Origin: an uncultured Thermoleophilia bacterium
Lineage (GTDB): Bacteria; Actinomycetota; Thermoleophilia; Miltoncostaeales; Miltoncostaeaceae
Assembly: GCA_963842065.1 (NCBI GenBank)
Contig: CAWJEW010000007.1
Span: forward strand, 146,707 to 210,706
Reading direction: 5' to 3'
DNA length: 64,000 nt
Under the pieces are notes generated by a model. That model made no database searches, was not told where the DNA came from, and saw only the letters and a list, made by a program, of their open reading frames with translations. Each line of letters starts with the position of its first letter. Positions within the stretch are counted from its first letter, which is position 1. Position numbers and translations under genes: made by a program. Below are positions 32,828 to 41,427 of the stretch, one piece after another.

Positions 32828-33775
32828 ATGTCGGAGACGGCCCTCGCTCAAGTCGACGTGATCAGCCCGCGCAGCTACTGCGCAGGTGTCGATCGCGCCA
32901 TCACCACGGTCGAGCAGGCGCTTGAGCGGCTGGGCGCGCCCATCTACGTGCGCGGCGAGATCGTCCACAACCGGCACGTGGTCGACACCCTCGCCGCACA
33001 GGGCGCCGTGTTCGTCAAGTCCGAGCTCGAGGTTCCCGAGGGTGCCACGATCGTCCTGTCGGCGCACGGCGTCGCTCCCGAGGTCCGCGAGAACTGCGTC
33101 GCGCGGGGCCTGCGGGTCATCGACGCCACGTGCCCGCTCGTCACCAAGGTGCACGCTGAGGTTCGCCGCTACGCGAAGCGCGGCGCAACGGTGCTGCTCA
33201 TCGGCCACGCCGACCACGAAGAGGTGATCGGCACGTCCGGCGAGGCGCCCGACCAGGTCGTCATCATCGAGGACGCCGAACGGGCGCGCATCATCGAGGT
33301 GCCCGACCCGGAGAACGTCGCGATCACCACCCAGACGACCTTGTCGATCGATGACGCCGCCGAGATCCTTGCGATTCTCAACGCGCGCTTTCCGGCGCTG
33401 CTCGGACGCACGGCGGGCGACATCTGTTACGCCACCCAGAATCGCCAGGATGCGGTCAAAGCCGCCGTGACCGGCGGCGCCGATCTCGTGCTGGTCGTCG
33501 GATCCAAGAACTCCTCGAACTCGAACCGCATGGTCGAGGTTGCACGGTCGGCGGGCGCCGAGGCGCACCTGATCGAAAACGCGCAAGCCCTGGACATGGC
33601 CTGGCTCACCGCCAAGCGGCACGTCGCGCTGACCGCAGGCGCATCCGCCCCGGAGGAGTTGGTGCGAGAGGTCGCCGACGTGCTTGAGGCCTACGGGTTC
33701 GACCGGACTGGGTCCGAGACCCCGAGCCACGAAGGCGTCTATTTCTCCGTCCCCCGCGGCAACTACGCACCCTAG
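32828..33775 (+). CDS. ispH: 4-hydroxy-3-methylbut-2-enyl diphosphate reductase
   Basis: LytB/IspH signatures are present: SPRSYCAGVDRAI, IVHNRHVV, ATCPLVTKVH and SSNSNR. Confidence 0.9.
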   Translation: MSETALAQVDVISPRSYCAGVDRAITTVEQALERLGAPIYVRGEIVHNRHVVDTLAAQGAVFVKSELEVPEGATIVLSAHGVAPEVRENCVARGLRVIDATCPLVTKVHAEVRRYAKRGATVLLIGHADHEEVIGTSGEAPDQVVIIEDAERARIIEVPDPENVAITTQTTLSIDDAAEILAILNARFPALLGRTAGDICYATQNRQDAVKAAVTGGADLVLVVGSKNSSNSNRMVEVARSAGAEAHLIENAQALDMAWLTAKRHVALTAGASAPEELVREVADVLEAYGFDRTGSETPSHEGVYFSVPRGNYAP

Positions 33776-33793
33776 CGCGCTCCCGGCCGTCGG

Positions 33794-35209
33794 CTAGCGG
33801 CGTCCCAGCGCGACGGGCCCGGCGATCGGCGGGTGCCCGGCCAGACGCTCCCGGACATCGACGGCGTCGAGCGCCAGCCGCGGATCGATCTCGATGTCGA
33901 CCGGTTCGCCATCCGCGCCAGTGGCAACGGTGACGCCCGCCTCGGCGAGCCAGCGCGCATACAGTCGGTTCATGTCCCGGCGGCACGTCTGCGGCGAGTC
34001 ATCGCCCTCGGCGTTCTTGATCGGGCTGAACTGTTCGTCGCGGGCGATCTCGACCGTGATCGAGGCCCGCGCCAGAGGCAGGGCGTCGAAGATGAAGGTC
34101 TCGAACTTCACCGCGTTCGGTGCGTTCGGCACGACCGTCACGCCCCGGGCGTCCAGGTACGGGACCTTCTTGATCGCCCGGTGATACGGCAGCCGCAGTC
34201 CGCCCTCGGTCAGCCGCCGGGCAAACTCCACCTCGATGAAGTGGGTGGCCACGTTGCCGGCCCACAGCACCAGCTCGCCCGAGGCATCCCGCGCCGAGGC
34301 GACTGCGTCGTCGAGATCCGAGTACTCGACGGCGACGGTCCGGCCTCCCCGGCGGGCGATGACCCCAACACGCTCGCCAGGCTCCCGCTTGCGCACCGCG
34401 AGGTTCGACATCTCGGCCGCCGCGGCGAGATGATGCCCGAGGAACACCGGATCCGCGATGCTCGTGAGCGGGTTGTCGACCTGGAAGGTGAAGATCGTCG
34501 CCACGCCGTGTCCGGCGAGCCAGTCAAGCGCGCCGGAGCGCCGCAGTGCCAAGAACAGCCCGCCGTGGCCGTCCGGCGAGAGCGCAAGGCGCCCGGGCGC
34601 CTCGAGCAGTATCTGGCCCGTCGCGCGGTCGACCGCCGGGAGGGTGCCCTGCACGATGAACCGCACCGACGCCGGGTCCAGCCCGAACGATCCAGCTTCG
34701 GCGAAGGCCGCGCGGGTCTCGGCGTCGTTCGCGGGCGAGGTCAGGATGCACCAGGGCAGCGCGGCACCGTAACGTGCGCGCAACGCCGCGACCTTGGCCG
34801 CATGGTGGGCAAACAGCGTCGTTCCGGTGACCGGGCCGAACGGGAAGTTGCCTTTGGGCCCGTCGAAGCCGAGCCGCGTTCCCTGACCGCCGGCCAAGAG
34901 CACCAGGCCGACGCGCCCCGTGCGCAGCGCCGCGTCGCCGGCCGCACGGGCGGCCGCGTCGCGCGCGTCGTCCTCGGGTCCGCGGGCGAGTGGAATCGCA
35001 TCCGGAGGAACGAGCGCGCCCGTCGCCGCGCCCGCCTCGTCGTGGTCGAACAGCTGCCCGACCAGGCGGGCGATCAGGTCGAGATCGAGTTCCTCGAGCT
35101 GGTGCACGAGGGCCTGGGCGTCCGCGGGGGCCGCGTCGGCGAGCGCGTCAACCAGATGCCCCTGACCGGCGGCCACCAAGCGATCGTTCAGCTCGTCGCC
35201 GGCACCCAC
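33794..35209 (-). CDS. UDPGP-family (UTP--hexose/GlcNAc-1-phosphate uridylyltransferase type) nucleotidyltransferase
   Basis: The nucleotide-binding loop LLAGGQGTRLG and the segments SPDGHGG and FQVDNPL are typical of the UDPGP family. The GTG start at 35209 lies 2 nt beyond the stop (35212-35214) of the upstream ADH gene. Confidence 0.75.
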   Translation of the reverse strand: MGAGDELNDRLVAAGQGHLVDALADAAPADAQALVHQLEELDLDLIARLVGQLFDHDEAGAATGALVPPDAIPLARGPEDDARDAAARAAGDAALRTGRVGLVLLAGGQGTRLGFDGPKGNFPFGPVTGTTLFAHHAAKVAALRARYGAALPWCILTSPANDAETRAAFAEAGSFGLDPASVRFIVQGTLPAVDRATGQILLEAPGRLALSPDGHGGLFLALRRSGALDWLAGHGVATIFTFQVDNPLTSIADPVFLGHHLAAAAEMSNLAVRKREPGERVGVIARRGGRTVAVEYSDLDDAVASARDASGELVLWAGNVATHFIEVEFARRLTEGGLRLPYHRAIKKVPYLDARGVTVVPNAPNAVKFETFIFDALPLARASITVEIARDEQFSPIKNAEGDDSPQTCRRDMNRLYARWLAEAGVTVATGADGEPVDIEIDPRLALDAVDVRERLAGHPPIAGPVALGRR

Positions 35210-35211
35210 GG

Positions 35212-36300
35212 CTAGCCGACCCGGAGCGCGACCTTGACCGCGCCCTCGCGGCGTTCGGCCATCATGCGGTAGCCCTCGGCGGCCTCTTCGAGCGACAGGG
35301 TGTTGGTCAGCATGGGACTCGGGTCGATCTCGCCCTCGGCCAGCAGCTCGAGCAGGCGCGGGATGTAGAGCCCGGTCGGCAGCAGGCCCCCGGAGATGGT
35401 GATGTTGCGGACGAACTGGTCGTACCAGTTCACGTTCGGCGTCTTGCCCATGAAATGGTCCATGCCGAGGCAGGAGATCGTCCCGCCCGGGCGGACCGAC
35501 CCGTGGGCCGCCTGCATCGAGTCGGTGTTCGAGACCGAGTCGACGACCACGCGCGCGCCCTGGCCGCGTGTCCCGTTCCGGGCGAACTCGGCGATCTCCG
35601 CCGCGTCGCGGACGTCGCTGGTCGACGTCGCGCCGAGCGTCCGCGCCAGCGCAAGACGATCGGCGTGGTGACCGAAGCAAATGATGTTCTCGGCGCCGAG
35701 CGCACGGGCGCAGTGGACCGCCGAGAGGGCGACCGCACCGTCCCCGATCACGACGACGTCGTCCCCCGGATGCAGGCGGCCCGTGACCAGACCGTGCATC
35801 GCCGTCGACATCACGTCGATGATCGGCACGAGTCTGGTCTCGTGCTCGGACGCGGCGACGGCGGCCGGAATCTTGATCATGGTCGTCTCGGCGAGCGGGA
35901 CGCGCGCGTACTCGGACTGCCCGCCTTCGACCGGTCCGCCGTGCTGCCACAGGCGCGGCGCCCAGCCGAAGATCGACAGCTGCTCGCAGCTCGCCCGGAT
36001 CCCCTCCTGGCACCAGACGCAGTGGCCGCAGCTCACGCCCACGGCCACCATGACGCGGTCACCCGGTGCGAACCCGCGCACGTCCGAGCCGACGTCGACA
36101 ACCGTCCCGAGGAACTCGTGCCCCAGACGGGCCCCGGGCTCGAGCCCGAACGCCTCACCGGCGTGCAGAATGTGCAGGTCGGATCCACAGATCGCGGCCA
36201 TCGTGATCTTCACGATCGCATCGGTCGGTGCCAGCAGGGTCGGCTCCGCGACGTCGTCGACCGCGACGCTGCCGTTGCCTTGGAAGGTCAGTCCGCGCAC
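35212..36300 (-). CDS. zinc-dependent alcohol dehydrogenase family oxidoreductase
   Basis: Catalytic-zinc region CGSDLH...GHEFLG, structural-zinc Cys cluster CGHCVWCQEG and NAD-binding VVVIGDGAV are present. Confidence 0.85.
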   Translation of the reverse strand: MRGLTFQGNGSVAVDDVAEPTLLAPTDAIVKITMAAICGSDLHILHAGEAFGLEPGARLGHEFLGTVVDVGSDVRGFAPGDRVMVAVGVSCGHCVWCQEGIRASCEQLSIFGWAPRLWQHGGPVEGGQSEYARVPLAETTMIKIPAAVAASEHETRLVPIIDVMSTAMHGLVTGRLHPGDDVVVIGDGAVALSAVHCARALGAENIICFGHHADRLALARTLGATSTSDVRDAAEIAEFARNGTRGQGARVVVDSVSNTDSMQAAHGSVRPGGTISCLGMDHFMGKTPNVNWYDQFVRNITISGGLLPTGLYIPRLLELLAEGEIDPSPMLTNTLSLEEAAEGYRMMAERREGAVKVALRVG

Positions 36301-36327
36301 CCGCGCCTCCAGAAGTCGTGGTTGGGG

Positions 36328-37092
36328 TCAGCTCAAGCCGCTGCGGGCCAACGCATCGTCGATGTCGGTGATCAGGCCGGTCCAGAAGGGCCCGAACTCG
36401 CCGTACACGGCGCTGACCTCGTCGAAGCGCATCTCGTAGACGATCTCCTTGATGACGGTCGGCTCGTCGGCGAACAGGGTCACACCCCATTCCCAGTCGT
36501 CGAGACCGGTCGCACCGGTGATCAGCTGCAGCACGCGGCCGGTGTACTTGCGCCCGACGCGGCCGTGGCCGAGCATCAGCCGCTTGCGCACCGCAAAATC
36601 CAGCGCGTACCAGTTGGCGCCGACGTTGCGCGTCTTGGACATCGGGTAGAAGGCGATGACGCGTCGCGGCGGCAGGCGCGGATACAGGCGGTCCTGGCGG
36701 TACTTGGCCATGCGCGCGCTCCACGCGGCCACTGCCGCCTCGACGTCCGCGGTGCCTTCGGCCGCTAGGCGCGCGCGTTCCTCATCCTCGGTCGTTGTGT
36801 ACTCGGACAGCTCGGTCACCGAGAAGAACGATGCAACACAGCGCACCGGGCCGGACCGGATTCGCTTGGTGCAGCGGTCAAGCGCATCGAGATCCGGGCC
36901 GAGCAACATGACCCCGAAGTCCGCCCGACCGCCCAGAACGCTGAAGGCGACCGCCTGGTTGGGATCGGTCGCGGTGAACTCCGCGATTGCCGCGCGGACG
37001 TCCTCGCCGGAGCCGCCGCGGCGGCTCCGCAGCATCAGGTGCACGACCCCCCAGCCCTCGCCCACGATGGGGCCCACGTCGTCGAGATCCAT
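36328..37092 (-). CDS. chdC: hydrogen-peroxide-dependent heme synthase (coproheme decarboxylase, chlorite-dismutase family)
   Basis: FYPMSKTR...NWY and YEMRFDEVSAVYGEFGPF are typical HemQ/ChdC segments. An alternative GTG start lies at 37113. Confidence 0.8.
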   Translation of the reverse strand: MDLDDVGPIVGEGWGVVHLMLRSRRGGSGEDVRAAIAEFTATDPNQAVAFSVLGGRADFGVMLLGPDLDALDRCTKRIRSGPVRCVASFFSVTELSEYTTTEDEERARLAAEGTADVEAAVAAWSARMAKYRQDRLYPRLPPRRVIAFYPMSKTRNVGANWYALDFAVRKRLMLGHGRVGRKYTGRVLQLITGATGLDDWEWGVTLFADEPTVIKEIVYEMRFDEVSAVYGEFGPFWTGLITDIDDALARSGLS

Positions 37093-37169
37093 GCCTCGGA
37101 GAGTACCGGACACAGGCCGACTGCCGGGTGCCGGCGTGTGGGTGCGGCACCGCCCGGGGCGGAACGGGC

Positions 37170-37421
37170 CTACCCCGTGAGGATGTGCTCAAGCGCGGGT
37201 TGTACGGCGCGGCTGACCGTCACCGGCAGCAATCGAACGAACGCGTTGAGCTCTGCCGCGCTGGCGCCGCCGACGATGCCGTTGGCCAAGCGTTCGAGGA
37301 CCGCTTGTTCGCGATCGCCGAGCTCGGGTGCCACCGGAGCAAGCGCCTCGAGGATGCTGTTTCTCAGCTCCGGATCGAGGACTTGCAGCGAATCGACGAG
37401 CTTCTGGGGAATTGCCGCCAT
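37170..37421 (-). CDS. hypothetical small helical protein (83 aa)
   Basis: The ATG at 37421 is the 3' part of track ORF 37170..37778. An extended -10-like element (TGCGATAAT) lies 7 nt upstream. No family recognised. Confidence 0.45.
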   Translation of the reverse strand: MAAIPQKLVDSLQVLDPELRNSILEALAPVAPELGDREQAVLERLANGIVGGASAAELNAFVRLLPVTVSRAVQPALEHILTG

Positions 37422-37428
37422 CCCTGGG

Positions 37429-37437
37429 ATTATCGCA
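37429..37437 (-). promoter_or_regulatory. extended -10-like element (TGcGATAAT) positioned for a leaderless or near-leaderless transcript of the 83-aa ORF
   Basis: The minus strand reads ttgTGCGATAATcccagggATG. An A7 tract lies about 22 nt further upstream, in the only AT-rich patch of this region. Confidence 0.3.
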
Positions 37438-37515
37438 CAACGCGACCCTGCATGCGTTTTTTTGGAACATTTGGGGCCCCTGAACACGGCGCCGACGGGA
37501 CGCCGGCGCGACCGC

Positions 37516-39267
37516 TCAGCGGTCGGGGTCGGCGGGGACGCGATCCGTGCCGCGAGGGCTGCGCGAAAGCACGAAGCGGCGCAGCCGGGCGACCACCGGC
37601 TGGTATTCGAGCGCGGGAAGCGACCTGCCGCTTTGATCGGTGCGCTCCAGCGCGTCACCAAGCAGCACGACCGCCTGGTCGACGACGACCCGTCGCAGCG
37701 AAAGACCCAGCTCGCTGATCGGACGCAGCAGCTCCCGCCGGAAGCGCGGCTCGGCGAGGTCGTTGAGAAAGAACGCATTCCTCACCGCGGCGCCGAGTTC
37801 GCGCTGGTCCATGACCACGATGAGCGGCGCCCAGCGGCCCTCTTCCTTGGCGATGGCGATGATCAGGTGCTGCTCGGCAGCGTCCGACTCCGGCGCGGTG
37901 ATCCAGGCCTCGACGGGCGCGGCTGCGACCAGGCCCTGCACCCAAGGCCTGCGCGCGGAGCGTGCCCCGGCGGCGGCACGCCGGGCGGCGTCTCCGGCAG
38001 GACCGTCGAGCACCGACGCACACGCCAGGCAGGCATCACGTCCGGACGGACCGAGACGGTGCAGCTCGCTGATCAGCATCAGCGCGTTCGCCTCGTCGAG
38101 ATCGGCGAACGTCTGCTCGACGAGCGCCCCGACCAGGTACGAACGATGCGGTGCGACCAGCCGGGCCGCGAGCCGCGGCGCCGCCAGCACGCGATCCACC
38201 GGTTCGGGCAGCCAGTCCTGCACGCTGCGGTAGGTCGCCTGGGCATCCAAATCGCCCGCGAGATCGTCAAGGCAGGCGGCGACCTCGGAGTGGCCGGGGC
38301 TGTCCACGCGGGCCAGACCCTCCTCGGCCCAGCGCCGTGCGGCGACCGTGTCGCCGAGCCGGATGGCGAGCAGGCACGCCTCGTAGCGATCCTCGGGATC
38401 GCCGAACGCGAACGCCCCGGTCAGGACCGAAAGGCCGTCTCTGGCGCGTCCCGCGCGCGCGAGCACCCGCGCCAGACGGCGGCGGGCGGCAGGCACGCGT
38501 TCCGGCATGTGTCTCCGCAGCAGCGACAGGAGCCGGTCCTGAAGTTCGGCGGCATCGACGGGACGATCGGCAGCGAGGTGGTCGGCGACCCCGCGCTCGA
38601 GCGCTTCGATCTCGAGTTCGGTCAGGGCACCCCAGCGCGTGCCGATGGGCGCGACCCAGCCGAGGTGCACCTCGAACCCTGCCTCGCGAAGAACGTCCGA
38701 AAGTGGGCGGCCCGGACGTCGGAAGGCCGCCGGATCGACGGCGGTCACATCGCACAGCGCGTCGGCGAGACGCACCCTGTGCACGTCCGGGGGCTTGGAG
38801 CCGGCGTCGGCGAGGCGCCGGCGGACCGCGGCCACCAGCGCCGGCTCGGCGTCCGTGCGCTCAAGACGCGAGGGGGCGCGTTCCACCTCGATGCGTCCGA
38901 CGGCAGCGTCGAGGACCCGCGCCACAAGGTGGTCGCCCGAGCGGATGTCGGTCGGCAGCACGGCCCGCGTCGCCCCAAGCCGTGCGAGCGGCGCCAAGTC
39001 GCCGTCGGCGTCGGCAGCGCCGCGCATGTGCTCGGTGACCGACACCTGCGAGGTGAGGACCACCCCGGCGAGCGCCTGCGAAATGCTGGCCAGGCGCCCG
39101 TCGCCGAGCACCACGATACGGGGGTCCGACCGGAGGGCGCTCCGCACTGCGGCGGCGGGGTTCTTTGCCCGTGTCACGCCGGCGCGTGCGAGATGCCCGG
39201 CGAGGTCCTCGAGCGTCGCCGGCGCCGTGCCCAGCCGCGCCACCGCGGCGTCCGCAATGCGACCCAT
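37516..39267 (-). CDS. hypothetical protein (583 aa), no recognisable domain
   Basis: A long ORF with normal coding-like composition (Ala/Leu/Arg/Asp-rich, helical). The antisense 980-aa track ORF is Arg/Gly/Pro junk. No motif I can name. Confidence 0.55.
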   Translation of the reverse strand: MGRIADAAVARLGTAPATLEDLAGHLARAGVTRAKNPAAAVRSALRSDPRIVVLGDGRLASISQALAGVVLTSQVSVTEHMRGAADADGDLAPLARLGATRAVLPTDIRSGDHLVARVLDAAVGRIEVERAPSRLERTDAEPALVAAVRRRLADAGSKPPDVHRVRLADALCDVTAVDPAAFRRPGRPLSDVLREAGFEVHLGWVAPIGTRWGALTELEIEALERGVADHLAADRPVDAAELQDRLLSLLRRHMPERVPAARRRLARVLARAGRARDGLSVLTGAFAFGDPEDRYEACLLAIRLGDTVAARRWAEEGLARVDSPGHSEVAACLDDLAGDLDAQATYRSVQDWLPEPVDRVLAAPRLAARLVAPHRSYLVGALVEQTFADLDEANALMLISELHRLGPSGRDACLACASVLDGPAGDAARRAAAGARSARRPWVQGLVAAAPVEAWITAPESDAAEQHLIIAIAKEEGRWAPLIVVMDQRELGAAVRNAFFLNDLAEPRFRRELLRPISELGLSLRRVVVDQAVVLLGDALERTDQSGRSLPALEYQPVVARLRRFVLSRSPRGTDRVPADPDR

Positions 39268-39358
39268 GCGGTCACATTACCAGCGCTCTCCGCAGCGTCC
39301 ACACGAGCAGCGGTGTCCGGCCAACCGCGGTCGCACGGCTCGGGGCGGATGTGCTCTT

Positions 39359-39853
39359 ATGTGCCCCATGGGATCGGTTCCGGACACCCCGCGCGCGATC
39401 GTCCCCGACACGCTCGACTCCGCGCTCGCCCGCGTCGCGGGGGCGCCGCTCGCATTGCTCGGACTGGGCATTCCACGCTGCCCCGCGACGCAGATGCTGC
39501 CGGCCAGCCTTTCCGCGGTCGCCAACGCGCGCCCGAACCTGCCGATCGCACTCGGGATCCTGACGACCCCCGACGACTGGGCCGCGCGCGAGACCACGCT
39601 CTGGCCCCGCGGCATCCATGTCAGCCGCTCCGTCGTGCCGATCGTGGTCATCCTGCGCGATGGCCAAGCGGTCGCGACGCGCCGCGGGGGGGCATCGGCC
39701 TACGCCATCGATACGTGGGTGGCCGAGCAGGCTGCGCTGGCACCGACGCAGCTGGACGAGCAATGGGTCGCAGACGAGGAGCAGGAGCTCGCGCGGCTGG
39801 CCGCGCGCCGCGCGCAGCACATTGCCGTGGCGGGGCGGGGCGCGGCGGACTGA
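39359..39853 (+). CDS. hypothetical protein, possibly thioredoxin-fold-like (single Cys, no CxxC)
   Basis: This is the 3' part of track ORF 38639..39853, with ATGs at 39359 and 39368. The segment LGLGIPRCPATQ...VVPIVVILRDGQ resembles a thioredoxin-like beta-alpha-beta core. The gene is divergent from the 583-aa gene. Confidence 0.4.
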   Translation: MCPMGSVPDTPRAIVPDTLDSALARVAGAPLALLGLGIPRCPATQMLPASLSAVANARPNLPIALGILTTPDDWAARETTLWPRGIHVSRSVVPIVVILRDGQAVATRRGGASAYAIDTWVAEQAALAPTQLDEQWVADEEQELARLAARRAQHIAVAGRGAAD

Positions 39854-39981
39854 GCCGGGCGTGCGCGGCCGCGCGGCGGATCCCGCCCCCCGCCACTCGC
39901 GCGAACGCTCGCGCAATCGCTATAGTGCCATGCTTGCCAGAACGGGCCGGGCGTCGCACGGCCCGGATTTGCGTGACGTGA

Positions 39982-40401
39982 ATGGAGACGGAGATTAGCC
40001 CCTACGAAATCATGATCATCCTCGATCCGGACGTGGACGAGGAGCGCCAGCAAGAAATGCTGGAGCGCGTCCAACAGATCATCCGGGACGAGGGCGGGGT
40101 CGTGGACCACGTCAATGACTGGGGCCGCCGCAAGCTTGGCTACGCGATGGAAAAGAAGGCCGACGGTCGATACGTGGTCGTCACGTGCTCGGCGTCGATC
40201 GACGGCCTCCGCGAGGCTGAGCGCGTGATGACGATCAACAGGGAAGTCGTCATCCGCCACATGGTGATCGTGCTCAATCGCGTCGAGGCCGAACGCGCCA
40301 AGGCCAACGGTGCCCCGCTCCCGGTCGACGACCGTCCCGAAGGCGACGCCCGCCCCGCACGCGCGGGCCGTGGCGGCCCCCGGCGCGGGCCGCGCAGGTA
40401 G
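39982..40401 (+). CDS. rpsF: 30S ribosomal protein S6 (with Arg/Gly-rich C-terminal tail)
   Basis: YEIMIILDPDVDE...DWGRRKLGYAMEKK is the S6 signature. Confidence 0.9.
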   Translation: METEISPYEIMIILDPDVDEERQQEMLERVQQIIRDEGGVVDHVNDWGRRKLGYAMEKKADGRYVVVTCSASIDGLREAERVMTINREVVIRHMVIVLNRVEAERAKANGAPLPVDDRPEGDARPARAGRGGPRRGPRR

Positions 40402-40404
40402 CCG

Positions 40405-40881
40405 ATGCCCGCCGATCTCAACCGCGTGACGCTCGTCGGTCGCCTGACCCGCGATCCGGAACTCCGACACACCGCCGGAGGCCAGTCGGTGTGCTCGCTG
40501 CGCCTGGCCGTCAGCAGCCGTGGCCGCGACGAGAGCGGCAACTGGTCGGACCGCGCAAACTACTTCGATGTGACCGTGTTCGGCCGCACCGCCGAGACCG
40601 CCTCGAACTACCTGTCCAAGGGCCGCCGTATCGGCGTCGACGGGCGGTTGTCATGGCGCGAGTGGGAAGCCCAGGACGGCGGCAAGCGCCAGGCGGTCGA
40701 AGTGGTCGCCAACGACATCTTCTTCCTTGACAGTCGCGGTGACAGCGGCGAGGGCGGCAGCCAGGGTGGTGGTGGCGCCGAACGTGGCTGGGGTACCGCG
40801 GCACCCGCCACCGACCTGCCGGTCGACACGTCTGACCTGCGACCCGCGGCACCGGCCGACGACGACGACATCCCCTTCTAA
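40405..40881 (+). CDS. ssb: single-stranded DNA-binding protein
   Basis: An OB fold (LNRVTLVGRLTRDPELRHT...) is followed by a Gly-rich linker and an acidic tip, DDDIPF. Confidence 0.9.
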   Translation: MPADLNRVTLVGRLTRDPELRHTAGGQSVCSLRLAVSSRGRDESGNWSDRANYFDVTVFGRTAETASNYLSKGRRIGVDGRLSWREWEAQDGGKRQAVEVVANDIFFLDSRGDSGEGGSQGGGGAERGWGTAAPATDLPVDTSDLRPAAPADDDDIPF

Positions 40882-40914
40882 GCACGATTACCATTAGCGG
40901 AGGCGCGAGCGCGA

Positions 40915-41367
40915 ATGGACGCCATCCTTGTTCAGGACATCGACGGGCTGGGCGAAGCCGGGACTGTGGTCTCGGTCGCGCGCGGCTACATGCGCAACTA
41001 CCTGCAGCCGCGCGGGCTCGCCGAAGTGGCGACGCCGGCACGCATTGCCGAGGTCCAGCGCAAGGAGGCCAAGCGCAAGGCCGCCGACGAGCGCGCGCGG
41101 GCACAAGCCGTGGAACAGGCCGACCTGCTCGGGCGCACGATCCTCACGCTGAAGGCCAAGGCCGGCGACGACGGGCGCCTGTTCGGCTCGATCACCTCGA
41201 GTGACGTCGCCGACGCCATCCAGGAGGCCCGCGGCATCACGATCGACCGCCGGCGCATTACCGTGGACCCCCCGATCCGTGCCGTCGGCACCTACCACGT
41301 GCCGATCGAGCTCGGACCCGACCTCGTTGCCGAGGTCAAGACGATCGTCAGCCCCCTGCTGGACTAA
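40915..41367 (+). CDS. rplI: 50S ribosomal protein L9
   Basis: The L9 N-domain reads MDAILVQDIDGLGEAGTVVSVARGYMRNYLQPRGLA. Confidence 0.9.
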   Translation: MDAILVQDIDGLGEAGTVVSVARGYMRNYLQPRGLAEVATPARIAEVQRKEAKRKAADERARAQAVEQADLLGRTILTLKAKAGDDGRLFGSITSSDVADAIQEARGITIDRRRITVDPPIRAVGTYHVPIELGPDLVAEVKTIVSPLLD

Positions 41368-41427
41368 TCACGCGGCGACGCTCGGCGCACCTGCGCCGAG
41401 CGCGCGCACGGCGTTCGGCGAACACAC

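Noticed and set aside
33794-36013. A 739-aa ORF suggesting an N-terminally extended UDPGP enzyme.
   Set aside because: The upstream 268 codons overlap the well-supported Zn-ADH gene in another frame and are Arg/Gly/Pro-rich. GTG 35209, 2 nt beyond the ADH stop codon, is the sensible start.
37457-37463. A T7 run after a GC-rich segment on the plus strand, considered as an intrinsic terminator.
   Set aside because: Both neighbouring genes are on the minus strand, so no plus-strand transcript needs terminating here. On the minus strand it reads as an A-tract upstream of the -10-like element, so I treat it as part of a promoter region instead.
37039-39981. A 980-aa plus-strand ORF covering the hypothetical locus.
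   Set aside because: The translation is dominated by Arg/Gly/Pro/Ala runs and is antisense to the more protein-like 583-aa ORF. Only its last 160 or so codons (39359-39853, in a different track ORF frame) look like a gene.
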